A DNA stretch of 64,000 nucleotides from the human T2T-CHM13v2.0 reference genome, Homo sapiens (GCF_009914755.1 NC_060926.1); one strand, 5' to 3'. Positions 13,890-27,470 are shown, numbered from the stretch's first letter. The notes: generated by a model not told the origin, from the sequence alone. Made by a program: numbers and translations.

Positions 13890-15780
13890 AAAAATTACAA
13901 ATAAACCAATGGAACAGAATAGAGTCTGGAAACAAACTCATATGTAATACAGTTTTCTGGTTTATGAAAAAAATGATGATGCAATGCTGTAAGGAAAGAA
14001 TGGTCTTTCTTTTAGTAAATCAGCTGGACAGATTAGTTGTCCCTGTGGGGAAAAAATAATAATCTTGACCCAACTCCATACCATTCACAAAAATCCATTC
14101 TGGATGGATTGCAGATCTAAATATGAAACATCAGATAATAAACTTATAGAAGAAAACATGAGTGAACTTACTTGTGACCTTAGAATAGACAAAGATCTTT
14201 TAAACAGCTCACAAGGAGCTTTAGTCTTACAGGAAAAAAATCACTTGGATTATATCAAGAAATTTTGTTCATCAAAAAATGTAATTTCAAGATATTATGG
14301 AAGGGGAAGCCACAGAATAGGAGAAAACATTTGTTCTCCATCCCTCCTTCTGTCTCTCTCTCCCTCTCTCACCCCCTTCCCTTCTCCTTCCTCCGCAACC
14401 TCAGTCTTAACTTTGTATGGCAAAGGACCCACTCATATCTAGAATTTATAAAGAGTTCCTCCAAATAAGTAAGCTAAAGATGATAGCATAATAGAAAAAT
14501 GGGCAAAAAGCTTGAATAGGCAGTTCACAAACCAATATCCAAATGGCCAGTAAGCATTCTAGACAGTGTGCAACTTGATTAGTCCGTGGGGAATGTAAAT
14601 TCAAACTACCATGTCACAGTGCTACATTATCACCAGAATGGCTAAAATGAAAGACACATAGTACCAAGTTTTGGTGAAGATATGGGGCAACTGAAACTCT
14701 GTAAATTGGAGTAACCACATTGGAAATAGGTTTGGCAACATCTACTAAAGCTGAACATATTCAGTGATTCTATTTTTATATAAATACCCAATGGAACTGT
14801 GAATATATGTCCATCAAAAGACATGTACAAGAATTTTTATAGCACCTATATTCATAATAGTCCAAACTGAAAACCTTCCAACTGCACATTAGCAGTTGAC
14901 TAGATAAATATTAGAAAAGAGCAGTGAAAATTAATAACTACAACTAAAATGTAGCAGTATAGATGAATCACATAAACATAATTGTATTAATTGTCTACTT
15001 CTGTGCAACAACTTACCACAAAACTTAGCAGCTTCAAACAATACACACTTATAATCTCATTTTCTGTGGCTCAGGAATCTGGATGTAGCTGAGCTGGGTT
15101 CTCTGCTTCAGGGTCTCTCACAGGCTACAGTCAAATATTGGCAAAGGCCAGGTTTTCATCTGAAGGCTCAATGGAAGGAGAGGCACCAGCCAGAGCTCTT
15201 GGCAGGATTCAGGATCTGAAGACCTGTTAGACTAAGGAACTCAGTTCCTAGCTGGTGATTGCCAAGAAGCTGCCCTCAGTCCTTACCATGTGGGCCTCTC
15301 CAAAGTAGTTCCTTACTTTATTCTAGCATGCAAACTGAGAAAGCAGTAGAGTCTGCTAGCAAGACAGAAGTCACAATCTTGTATAGTCTAATCACAGAAA
15401 TAACATCCTTTTACCTTTGCTATATTCTGTTGTTGGTTAAAGTAAGTCACAAGTCCTTTCCACACCCAAGGGCTAGAGATTACATAGGAGTGTGAACAGC
15501 TGGAGATGGAGATCTTTGGGGTTCATCTTGGAGTTTCTCCACTGTAATAAGGATAAACAAAATCAAGTTCAAACAGGAGCACAACTCTATAATGGTTACC
15601 CTTGATGTGCTAGTGAATAGAAGAGAGCCCAAAAGCAGCTTTGGGAGTGCTAGTAGTGTTCCGTTTCATATTCTACATGCTGATTACAGAGGTGTATTCA
15701 ATTTGCAAAAAGTTGTTCAAGCTGTAAACTCATGCCTTATGTGCTTTAATATATAGATGTTATAGTAATTTTTAAAAATG
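13890..15780 (+). mobile_element. Ancient L1ME-type 3' region, split by an MLT1 LTR
   Basis: accaatggaacagaatagagtc and atgggcaaaaagcttgaatagg ORF2-like motifs. Confidence 0.7.
14983..15547 (-). mobile_element. MLT1-type MaLR solo LTR
   Basis: tgtatta...aacttaccacaaaacttagcagcttcaaacaa...ttctgtggctcaggaatc hallmark. Confidence 0.8.
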
Positions 15781-15889
15781 ATGACTGGGTCCCACCCATC
15801 TCCACAGATTTAGATTTACTTTGCAGCGTTCTCTGTGTGATACTGTGTTTCAAAGGCATCAAATCATGAGGACAAAGAACAGGAAAGGA

Positions 15890-18100
15890 GACATCAGCAA
15901 TTAAGAGACCTCAACAAGTTTTGGGAAGCAGCTAAATGATAAGTGGTAACCAGTTTAGCAGAGTGGAGTAAACTAAAATCTAAGCCTGAATAGGGGAGGG
16001 AGTAGAAACAAAATAAAAAGCAAGCCAGTTCACACTGCAGAACCCTGAAAAGGCAACGAAATTGTAGGTACCAGATACTTGTGAAGATGGGGTACAAAGT
16101 GGAGCTGAGAATATGGGGATTGGTTGAAAGTATTTATGCCCATTTCACTCATCTGCCATCCCACTACCCTTGCCCATTTTAGCATAATTCTGAAGTTTTC
16201 CCTCGGGAGGAGCCAGGCCAGAGAGGCTCTGGATCTGGGAATTTCCATTTGGAGTAAGGCTCTAGACTGAACACGGGAAGACTAACTCAAAGTCCACACA
16301 CTGAAGGGTGAAATTTCCAACGTTCCTTCTTTTCTCAGTTTCCTGAATGCTGTTAGCTAAGTATAAATGTCTGAGTTGAAAAAGAGGCTTATTCTCTGGA
16401 GAAGCCAACCAACCAAAGAGAAAAAGGCCTGCACATACATTTTTGGATCCTCTGATGAAATTGCCAGGAATCTGCCAAATAATCACCAGGGAGCCCATTC
16501 GTTGATGAGTTTTGCCCATATATACACAGGTCCCAGACACATTCCAGAGCTTTTCTTTGAAATACAAAGAGAGCTAACGATTGTCAGATATGTGAGGAAA
16601 GACCAGAACAGGTAAACTGAAAAACAAGGAAATAAAGGCAATGTGAATTTTGACAAATAGAAGTAGGAAAAAAAGGCAATGTAAATAACAAAAGAAAAGG
16701 TCACAAAATCATAGTATCTGAATTTAGAGCGAAGATACTGTATCCATGCAACAATAACAGGAAACTTAAAAAAAAAAAAAGGAAAACAAGGAAGCATTTT
16801 TAGAAATTATTAACTATATTAAAAATGAAATCCAAAGAGTGTGTAAAAGATAAAATTGAGACAATCTCCCAAAATGTGTAGAATAGAAAGATGAAAACTG
16901 GGAGAGAAAAGAAAATTGGAGGATTGGCCTAGGACGTCCTATATATGAATCATAGGAGATCTAGAAAGATTACAGTCAATGGAAGGAGGAAATTGTCAAA
17001 GAAAGGAATCAAGCGTTCTTAGAACAGAGGACTTGAGTTTCTAGATTAAAGAGGTCTGTTGAGTACCCAGCACAGAGAATGAAAATAGACTACACCAAGG
17101 AGCATCATGAATCTTTAGGAGGTCAAAGTTAAGAGAGGATGTAAGTCTCCAGCAAAGGGGAAAAACGGAGTACGTACAAAGGATTGGTAATCAGAATGGC
17201 AGCAGACTTTACTGACAGCTGGAGATATTGGAGCAGTGTGCTTTCTGAATTCTGGAGGGCAATTTCTCACCCAGAGTTTTCCCAAACTATCAGTGAATTC
17301 CCAAACTATCAGTGAAGTGTGAGATTAGAATACATTTTTAGACATACAGTTTCCCTAAAATATATACTTTCCATGTAGCCTTCCTCAGGAAGCTACTGGA
17401 AGATGTGTTCCATCTAAAGTGGAAGATATGTTCCTCTTTTTTATCCAAAAAAGAAGTCATGGGACCCAGGAGGCAGTAGAGAGGTGCAGGGATTTACCCA
17501 GAGAAAGGTGAAGGGAGGTTCCAAGATGGTAGCTGCCCAGTGGGTCTAGAAAGGATCCTGTCCAGATTCAAAAAGGAGGATATAGAGTTGCAGAAAGGAT
17601 TTTGCCAAGAAAAACACAAACAGGCTCCCCACCCTCCAGTTTTTAAAAAATTATATTACATGTCTGAATGTACTGAGAAGAGATCCATGGTTTACCTGAG
17701 AGGTTAGGGATAGATGAGAGATTTGTATAGAAAACTGAGAAGTACTCGGGAGGCTGAGGCAAGGAGATCGCTTAAGACCGGGAGTTCAAGACCAGCTTGG
17801 GCAACATACTGAGACTTCGTTTCTAAAAAACAACAACAACAAACCCACTAAGCCATCACGACAACAAAAAAATGAGGCAGTTATTCAGTCCAGGGAAAAT
17901 AAAAGTTACATAAAACATGAAATATACTGATAGTTGTGAAAATATTTACATAATTACAACAAACACTGAATTTTAACATCATCAAAATTGGTCATATAGC
18001 TGTGCTGAAAAGATAAGAAGGCAGGATTGTGGGGCTGGGGAGAGGGTGGAAGAAAGGTAAGCCTTCACAGTCCATAGGAGGAAGTCATTGTATAAACACC
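15890..18100 (+). mobile_element. Degenerate ancient L1 5'/ORF1-like sequence
   Basis: aatcagaatggcagcagacttt, cccaaactatca ORF1 motifs; A-rich strand bias. Confidence 0.55.
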
Positions 18101-18453
18101 TCACCCAGAACAGTCAGAACTTTGGGGGGTCGTGAGGCAGAATCTCTGGAGACAGGTTTGTTTAAACATTGGCTGCTGGGCTCCACCCTCATAGTCTGAT
18201 TCGGTATATCTGGGGTGGGGTCTAAGAATTTGCATTTCTCCCAAATTCTAGAGACCCCACTTTGAGAACCAGGGACACAGAAAAGTGAAGGAAAATACCA
18301 GGAAAAGAATCAGTTGAAAGTGTTTGTCCCTCAAAGTAGGAATAGAGAGTGGTACAGGTGACTCTGTTTCATTTATAAATCTTGTTACCACTTTCAACAT
18401 TTTAAGTTATGTCCTTTGTATTATGTACTTTGATATCGTTTTACATCTTTAAA

Positions 18454-18739
18454 CTTTTTTTAGAGACAGTGTCTCTCTCCATTACCTGGGCTGGAGTGCA
18501 GTGTCATGATCATAGCTGACTGCAACCTCCAATTCCTGGGCTAAAACAACCCTCCTGCCTCAGCTTCCTGAGTAGCTGGGCTACAGGCATATACCACCCT
18601 CACCTGGCTATTTTTGTTGTTGTTGTTGTAAATACGTCATCTCACTTTGTTGCCCAGACTGGTCCCGAACTCCTGGTCTCAGTGGATTCTCCCACCTCAC
18701 TAAGTGCTGGGATTGCAGGCGTGCGCCACCTTACCCAGC
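18454..18739 (-). mobile_element. AluJ-like
   Basis: Antisense Alu. Confidence 0.9.
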
Positions 18740-18935
18740 GTGTTTTCAGTTTTCATGAAACCAAATCAGATGTCGTTACTTCCTTGCATCTAAACTCACG
18801 CAGTTCACTGACAGCAGAAATTCACGAGCCCTCATGCAGAGCCCATGAGGGCTTCTTTTTCACACGGCTCTAACAAAATAGATTAACTGGTAGGAACACA
18901 GACACGGCCATGTAGGAATATGTAAAGAAACACAG

Positions 18936-19242
18936 GGCTGGGTGCAGAGGCTCATGCCTGTAATCGCAGCACTTTGGGAGGCTGAGGAGGGCAGATGGCT
19001 TGAGCCCAGAAGTTTGAGACCAGCCTGGGCAACATAGTGAAACCCCATCTCTACAGAAAAATACAAAAATTAGCCAGGCATGTTGGCACAGGCCTATAGT
19101 CCCAGCTACTTCTACTTTTGGGAGGCTGAGGTGGAAGGATCATTTGAGCCTGGGATGTTGAAGCTGCATTGAGCCATGATTATGCCACTGCACTCCAGCC
19201 TGGGCGACAGAGCAAGACCCCGTCTCACAGAAAAAAAAAAAA
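18936..19242 (+). mobile_element. AluJ-like
   Basis: Sense Alu with A tail. Confidence 0.92.
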
Positions 19243-19603
19243 GGAGCAGCAGCAGCAGAGAACAGCCTGAGTGTGTTGCCCTTGAGCTCAGCACAGCACT
19301 GTTCTTGATACTCATACTAACCCTGACTCATTAAGAAATGGTTAAGTGTGTGTTTAACATATTTGCTAAGAAGGGGAAATTGTGCTGTCTTTATATTTTA
19401 TTTCAAAATGAAATAAGCAGTGTTTATCCAGAAATTTCCCTTCTATGGAATATCTCATTGCCAGGTTAGGTGTTACTACATATTGACTTAGGTCTGTAAT
19501 CTGCTGTACCCTCAAAATGCTCTGTGTGGCACTAATGGAGACATGAATGTCCTCCTCCAAACCCCAGGGGTTCCCTGAGTAACCCATTCTCTCTTCCTTT
19601 CAG

Positions 19604-19670
19604 CTCTGGTCCCATTTTGGCAGAAGAAGCTGTCCTGAAGCAGAAGTGTTTACTGACCACTGAGCTCTGA
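19604..19670 (+). CDS. EPB41L5: EPB41L5 last coding exon (SGPILAEEAVLKQKCLLTTEL*), C-terminal class I PDZ-binding motif
   Basis: Strong polypyrimidine acceptor cctttcag|, in-frame TGA at 19668-19670; C-terminus recognised. Confidence 0.93.
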
Positions 19671-22600
19671 GGGCCTGTAGCTGGAATACGCATCTCTCCA
19701 GCATTCCGTCCTGGGATCCGTTTCAGCTAGAATATGTTGGATTCAGGAGCTTGTCCATTATTTGTAGGTAAAAAAAGCTGCACGTAGATTTGACTTCAAC
19801 TCCGTAAAAAAGACAGCTGTATTTTCCGTCCAACTGGAATTGTTGAATCACACTGCATAGCTGCCCAAAAGAGAGTGTTTGGTCTTGAACTTTCTATACT
19901 TTTATAAATGTTACAAATTCCCGAAAGAAGGGAATTTCTTTTTCTGGGGTTTCCTTCAAACTCTTGGCTCCACCTAGCGGTTCTATTTGTTCATAACAAC
20001 TTCATAACAAGCCTGCCTCTGGTAGTCAACAGCCTTTTGAAAGCTATTTCCATCTAGTATCAGGGTGAGAGCATCCTTGATCTGGCTGCCTGTTAGAGAA
20101 ATTGCACTTTTCCTGACTTACCTAGAAATCAAGAATTTAGGAAATTAATGTGGACACTATAAAGGCAGACTTAGGGCCAACTTTTTTTTTTTTTTACAAT
20201 TATTACAACACTAAAGAGAAGTTTAGAATATAGAGAGTTTTTAAATGTCTCCCATTCTTTTGATTTCTTACTGTACTGGCTATCTTAATATTTCAAGTTT
20301 ACATCAAGATAAACCCTGAGAAGAACTACGGAGAAATCAAATAAAATCCTGTCATATTTTTTTCACCCTGCCTTTCCACAGGAAGCACTCACAGGCACCA
20401 CACACGTATCATGTAACTTATCAGTGGGGTGGGTTACTGTTGAAGAGACCCTGGGGCATTTACCTCAGGCATCTGCACTCCTCCGAGCCCGGTGGAGAAT
20501 GCAGGCTGCTGTAGTCTCAGGTAATGAAGGCACAGCACAGCAGTACTCCACATTGTTTCCTATTTGGACATAGACTTCATTTCCTTTCAGTATAAGCTGA
20601 ATAAATTTAGAGCTTTCAAACTGGAAAAAAAAATGAAACAAAACAAATACACCAAGACCAAAATAGGCAATAGGAACAGGGGTGAAGGGATGTTGTTTCT
20701 TAAATACCTACCATGTATGAAGCTATACACAGCATATACCGAAAGAACCTGCATTGCACTAGGAATTCTGTGTTAGTTTAAAAGAGATCTCTAAAACTTC
20801 CCCATCCCTTTGGGCCTGTACAAAGAAATTCTGGATGTTAAAATAATATATACTCATCACAGAAAAATAAAGTATAGCAATGTCCATCTGTAATTCTAAT
20901 ACCCAGAAATAACGCTATTTAGCTTTATAATTTTCGAATGAACAAGGTAAACCTCGGTTGCCATGGGGAAGAAGGATGATGTGGAAACCATATTGGTAAA
21001 GTTGTTAATCCCTCGTTATGGAGAACTGATCTTAAGCTATACCTCCTGGAATTTGCTTTCTAGTTTTCTGTCCTGCAATATGTATATAATTAAGCACTAA
21101 TTTGTACTGCTTAGCATAAAAGAACATCCAGTCTTAGATCCTTAAAACTTCATGGATTGGACTTTCCTGGGCTCCTTATAACATAATCGTGTGTCCAGGC
21201 AAACGCACACTAGTGTCTGACTGGAAAGCTCAGGAATTTTAATCTTGCACTGTTTCCCAGGGAGCTGTAGTGATTGGAACCCACGTTTGCACAAAACATT
21301 TTTGCAGAAGGAAAGTCAACACTTCTTGCTGGCTGCCTCCCCTTAGCCATTATGCTAAAAACAGCTTCTGAGTTTCACTGGTGGGGCTCTTGCCAGTTCT
21401 TAATTATAGGACATATTTTCTCAAAGCTGAAGGTGACACCTAGAACCAGGGGCTTGACCCAGGACATGATGGAATGAGCATCAAATTTTCAGTGTCTTGG
21501 CAACCGTAGATGTCCTACAGGGTTACCGTTGTGCTGCTCACCACAGAGCAGCTGAGGCATTATGCCTTGGAAGACCTAAATCTCCCATCCAGTTCAGGAG
21601 GTGACAACATCCTTATTTTAAACTTCCTAAAATTAGGAATTAGGTAGTTGGACATAGTCTGTGACCTTTATGTCGTTGGATACCTGTATTCTTGACAGTT
21701 AGAATATTGGTAGGGACTTTGTTAAAATTCACTTGAATTTCAAGCTCAGAGGAAACTTTGTCTCATGCCCTGACATGAAGTGGCAAACACGGAAGTTCAT
21801 ACTTGAATGCTGAATTGGCCCCGACAGATTAAATGCGTGTTGGGGATTGGTTTCCTGTCATAGCTGCTGCTGCTGCCATGCGCAGAGCTGCTGTAACAGC
21901 TCTTCCTGTTCTGCTCCCCTGAGAACAGTGTGGTGGGGAGAGGCAGGGCTGAGGTGGTCTACGAATGTGGCAGGTAGGGAAGGGGAGATGTCTGTCTCTT
22001 GAGAAGAGAGAGGCATGTGTGCCGGCATCCTTGATGGGTTCAAAGAGAAAGGTTGGAGATGATAGTGGGTGAGAAGCAGGCTGGTGAGACTGGGCTGAGG
22101 TTGGAGAAGGGGCAGCCGGGGGCACTGCTGAGGGTTTGCCGTGCACGCCTCGGACGGAGCACGGTGGGGTGGCGGGGAGCAGATAGTGCTGCCTCCCTGC
22201 GGGCAGACAGGAGAGGAACCTCAACTCAGTCCATTTCATAGCCCTGATAGGGGAAGTGGGAGTTGACAGGATGGTTTAAAATAAGACGTGAAGGTTTCAG
22301 TTACCTGCTCTAGACTTTGCCTGAGAACTTGTAAATTAATCAGTGAGACCTAATTTGTGACATGTCAGTAGCATCATCTTTTGACACACAGGAGGTCATG
22401 GTCATTTCATTCCTACTCTTCAGGAGACACTGCTGAACAGAGGAATGATTCTGTTCCTTGTGTGCTTACTTCCTTAACATTTATACATTGTTTTAAGAAA
22501 AAACTTTTAAAAATATTTCTTATAGTCTCCTAACATTTGTCTCTAGCCTTTGCCTTTGTACAATCACAGATATCCTATGGAGATTTAAGGATGAAAGCCC

Positions 22601-23882
22601 TGAGTTGTTCTTGGGTTCTTGGATCTGGACTACTTGTTATCTTATGCTTCTCACTTCTGGCTAAAACTTGCACCTCTTCTTCTCTTAGCTAAGCCCCAAA
22701 ATGAAGATTTCCTTCAGAAGTCTTGTTAGCAGAATTATTTATCAGTCACAGAGAGAAAAATCTGCTATTTTTCTAAGTAAGAGTCTCGAGAAGCAGAGTT
22801 TTTGTCTTGTCATTGAGAGGAGTCAGCAGTCTTGTTCTGTAAAGGACCAGAGATGGTAAATACTGTCCCACTCAGCTCTGCTGGCGCAGTACAGCAGCAG
22901 CAGCCCCAGCACAGCTGTGTTCCTGCGGAGTCCCCTTTACAAAGCCGCTGACCCCTGATGTGAAACTTTGTAGAGCAGCAGAGTGGCTGCGTGAAACGGG
23001 AGGCTGGCAGGTCCTCAGATAGGTTCTGCAGTGTTACCTGTCACTTGGAGGCAGCCAACACTTCTGGACATTGCATCCTTATTCACACATGTGGCAGCTG
23101 AACGAGGTGCTGTTGTGGGTGTCTCAGCTCTGAGGGTCTTTGTGAGCTCCCACTGTTGTGGGTGTCTCAGCTCTGAGGGTCTTTGTGAGCTCCCACTGTT
23201 GTGGGTGTCTCAGCTCTGAGGGTCTTTGTGAGTTCCCACCAACTTTTAATTATTCATGCCCTTGACCATGTGGTTGCTTGGAGACCTGGGGTCTTCTGCA
23301 GACTGAAGAAGACACATTTCTAGATTATTTGTCCTTTTTATCCTCTCAAAAATTTAAACACTGTACCTCTTCAGTGGTCAGAAGAAAGTTGGAAACTTTT
23401 CCTACATATTAGGCGTTAGTATGAGGACATTTGTTTGAATTATAGAAATTTGCCCTGAGCTGAACTGGGTTGTGTTAACACATTGGTAGAGCTATGATTC
23501 CTTCCCAGTTCTAAGAGATACGATCTGTAAGTCCCTATGTCACCACATTGCTTGAGATGATCATTCAGTTACTTGTCAGGATTTCTCCTCTTCAGAGAGA
23601 TTTTTTTTTATAGCACAGATTCCTTTGCCCCTTTTATCTCCTTATCTGGATATGATAAGTGGTTATGAGGGTCTCACTAACTATTTTGTGTTTACCTTTT
23701 ATATGTGTAAAACTTTGCAGTAGCATTTAAAGTGTAATTTATTTTTCTATCAAGTGCACTATTCATTTAGTGTGTTCCAGTTTTATATGACTTGTATTAG
23801 AAACACTGCACTGAGTTGTTTGTACACTGAAATGAGAACTCTAGATGTAACTCTATTCAAATAAACCTTCGTGAGACATTCA
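19671..23882 (+). other. EPB41L5: EPB41L5 3'UTR (~4.2 kb)
   Basis: Alu/L1-free stretch after the stop codon ending at AATAAA, a CA and a GU-rich tract. Confidence 0.8.
23110..23239. repeat. 43-bp tandem repeat x3 in the 3'UTR
   Basis: ctgttgtgggtgtctcagctctgagggtctttgtgagctccca at 23110, 23153 and 23196 (one mismatch in copy 3). Confidence 0.97.
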
Positions 23883-23910
23883 TGTTTTTGTGCACTGTTT
23901 CTGTTTCTTG
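23860..23910 (+). terminator. Polyadenylation signal AATAAA with downstream GU/U-rich element
   Basis: AATAAA 23860-23865, CA at ~23881, then tgtttttgtgcactgtttctgtttc. Confidence 0.82.
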
Positions 23911-25766
23911 GAACTGTGATTCCTACATGCTGACCTCAACAGAGTTAGACCAGATCCACTGTTGGTACAAACCTGAGGAAGTGAGCAGAAGCAGCCGCAC
24001 TGTTTTTAGGTTGATTTCCATGTTTTTGTGGTGTAAATTTGGGAGTAGGGGCATTTTCAAAGGTTGAAAACCTCATTGGTCATCCCCAGCATATCCTGGA
24101 AGGCACGGTGGTCATTCCAAGGACAGCATGGTGCAGTATCACCACAGCTTTGGACATCGGATCTGGGCTCTACTGCTTAATACCTCAGGTTTTTTGTCTG
24201 AAATGGCACATGAAGTGTGTGTCACAGCGTGTGGTAGAGTATGCAGGTGTTGACTTCTCCTTCTCTTGGCGCCCACCAGTCCCCAGCCTTCTCTGGGTTT
24301 GCACTGCACCATCCAGCGAGGAACAGTGCCACCTGGGTTGGTTTCAGGACTTCTGCTGGGCAGAGTCATACTGCACCATATGGGTGTTGGCAAAGCTGAG
24401 AAAAGTTGGAAGTCTTCTCTTTCCCTCTCCCCTCTGTTTTCTGCCTGGGAGAGAGGCCCAGTTGGGCCCTGGAAACTAAGGAGCTTTTCTCTGCTTTTTG
24501 GAGATGTATGGAGAGGGGCTGGAACCCAGATGCAATCACCTGTACCAGGAGCTCTTCTAAGAGGAAGTTTTTGGCAATAAGTAATGAAAGCCACCAATAA
24601 GTAGCGAAAACAACTCACTGGAGAGATAAGGACTGACAGGAAGATGGAGGATGGGCAGCAGTGGAGGTGGAGGGAGTGTGGATGGTGTCTCCACAGGTGC
24701 TGCCTTTAGAGGGCACCCTGGCCAGGCTGTGGTTCCCCAGAAGGAAGGGGAATGGATACTGGGCTACCAAAATAACCAAAAAATAAACCCATTGTGTCAC
24801 CCAGAATGGGCTTTTGTGGCCAGCACCAGGCCTGGAGGGGCTAAGAGGGTACAGATCTCAGGTCACTAAGGTTATTGTCAGGCCCAAGAAAAAGAACTCA
24901 CCATTAGTTTGGTGGCAGGGTGGTGAGTCAGAGTGATCTGTCTCTGGCCCCATCCTTGTCCCAGCAGATGTTCAGCCCACTGTGCTTAGATTCCCAGGCT
25001 CGTCCTGAGGAGAGACCAGCGGGGTGGCAGAGCAGCCCCTCCCCCACAGCAGGGAACCCTCTGCAGCCCAGGCTGGCGTATCCTTCACACTTGAAGTGCA
25101 CCAGTCAAGGATAACAGTCAGCACATGCTCTCAAGCTAGCAAATCATGATGTTAGGGCAGGAATTGATTTTCAAGATTACCAGTCCCAGCCCCTCAGTAT
25201 GTAGATAAGGTCAAGAGAGGGACAGGAACTTGCCCTAGGTCACATGGCTAGGGATGGAAATTCAAGTCTGTGCATCCAGGACATCTTCCCTCAGCACTGC
25301 TTGTCTTGGCTCCCTAAACTAGACTTGCAGCAAATAGTAGTCTGAATCTGCTATGTCCCCAAGGCCCTTCCAACCTGCATCCAGAATTTCCACAGGGGAA
25401 GTCAATCTATTCAAATCCTCATGGCTCCAAGCAGTACCTCCCCAAAGGAGAAGAAAACCATAACATGGATCTGGAGGGAGCTTCTGCCATCCTTCAGGGT
25501 TCCCGAGGGCCTGAAATAGCCCTTCCTCTTGCCTGGGTTGTAGCCGATACCCTTTACCTTGGAATGATCTTTCCGTTTACCTTGTGCTGTCCCCTTAAGA
25601 GCTCTGAGTACCATTTAGGTGGTGAATTCATAGGTATTCACGGGAAAGCTGCACCATCTCCCTGGAAACTCTCACTTGGTTTGCTGCTGATTCTTAATCT
25701 TGTTCCAGGTTAGGAACTCTTGCAAATACGGAAGCATGGCAGCTTTGCATGCAATTTCATGTGCTT

Positions 25767-26055
25767 GGCCATGCATGGTGGCTCACACCTGTAATCCCAG
25801 CACTTTGGAGAAGCCAAGGTGGGTGGATTTTTTGAGCCCAGGAGTTTGAGACCAGTCTGGGCAACATGGTGAAACCCTGTCTCTACAAAAAAATACAAAA
25901 ATTAGCCAGGCATGCTGGTGAGCACCTATAGTCCCAGCTATTCAGGAGGCTGGGAGGATCGCTTGAGTCCAGGAGGTTGGGGCTGCAGTGAGCTGTAATC
26001 CACTGTACTGAAGCCTGGGCAATGGAGTGAGACCCTGTTTCAAAAAAAAAAAAAA
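25767..26055 (+). mobile_element. AluJ-like
   Basis: Dimeric Alu; flanks aatttcatgtgct/aatttcatgtact form a TSD. Confidence 0.93.
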
Positions 26056-26374
26056 TTTCATGTACTCATTGATCCCCCAGGGATTCTCAGGTTGGAAGCC
26101 CTGCTCAGTGGACTAACAATGGGAATGTCAGGCCAAGGAGCTGTTGGGATGGAGTGGGCAGAGAAACAGGCAGGCCTCTGGGGCAGCTGGCAACTCCTCT
26201 TAGCTTTGGTGAGTAATAGACGCTCAAGAAACGCATGTTCGGTGAAGCCTTCAAAACATACAAAGTTCTCTGCCTAAAAGATTAAAGCACACAACACTTT
26301 TAGGCCAGCCATTTTATATGAATTAGTACTGAATTACAACATACTACACCCTGTTGGAACTCCATCCACCAATC

Positions 26375-26515
26375 CCTCTGCCTTATCCTTGTAAAATGGG
26401 GATGATTCTAATACTTCCTCACAGTGTGGGAAGTTAAATGAGTTAATACTGCAGAGTGCTTACAAGTAAAAGTGCTAACAAATGTTTCCAGTGTGAGTTC
26501 TTGCCATTATTTATG
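26375..26515. mobile_element. MIR fragment
   Basis: tgtaaaatggggatg...ttaaatgagttaata MIR core. Confidence 0.75.
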
Positions 26516-27319
26516 GTGATGGTGGTCTGTTCTTAGCCAATCTTAATTGCTTTGCGTTCTTCCCACCCACATGGTGGATTACCATCACTGGAGAGATCCA
26601 GCCACCATTTCTGAGGGCCTGGTCTCAGCTGCAGGAGGGAAAGCACCCACAGAGCAGATTCCTGGTCACAACTTCTTGGGTCCACCTCACCTCCAGGACT
26701 CAGTTGCCTGCTCTGTTTGTACTCCAGGGCTCCATGGCAGCTGTCTCATAGTCTCCACTCTGTCCCTCTTCAGGGGCCCCTCATACTCTAAGCAAATGAC
26801 CTCATGTCTACCTTGCAGATTAAAGCAGAAAGCATCAGGCAGGAGCACTCTCAGCAGCCCTTCCTGTGTCTGCACCCACGTTTCCTCCTCCCTCCCTGTT
26901 TAAATGGACGTGCTCATTCCACAGCTTGTGCCCCGGGTCCCTGACCATCTCCCTTCTAAGGGGACTTACTCTGTGGATCTTTTTCCTATCTCCTGTATCT
27001 TTATGCTATGCTTCCCCTAAACACCGTTTCACTATAAAATTGAAACCTTTCCAAATATTTCCCCCCTTAAGACAGGCAATAGAAAGTTCTCTTTCTCACA
27101 GCTCCCTCTGGTGTCCTCCATGTTCTCTCCTTCACAGCCACACTTCCTGAATGGGTTACCCGCTGTCCTGAGTACAGCCACAGTACTCAGGCCTTCTTGG
27201 CCTGGCCTCATGACAGCATTCCATGTCCTCTTTTCAACCACCCCTCTTTTCTTGGTTTATTGGTTAGGAGAGGGTAGATTACACTGTAGTCATGACCTAG
27301 AAAATCTCAGTGGCTTACA

Positions 27320-27470
27320 AGGGTCAACAACGTCATTTGCAGGGCCTACTGCAAAATGAAAATGCAGAGCCCTATTTAAAAATTACTGAGGATTTCAAGA
27401 TGGTGACAGCAGAGCATTAAACCAAACCCAGGACCCTTCTCAGTGACCGACATCCACAGAACCAGCTCTG
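27320..27470 (-). mobile_element. MER91-like hAT-Tip100 fragment, probably within an MLT1 LTR
   Basis: tgcaaaatgaaaatgc...tttcaagatggtgacagcagagcattaaacc. Confidence 0.6.

Noticed and set aside
17279-17316. 19-bp tandem duplication (also 22-bp at 27857-27900 and ~27-bp at 53878-53923)
   Set aside because: Common slippage duplications with no further structure.
23110-23239. Palindromic direct repeats resembling a CRISPR array
   Set aside because: Units are contiguous with no unique spacers, no cas genes, eukaryotic 3'UTR context.
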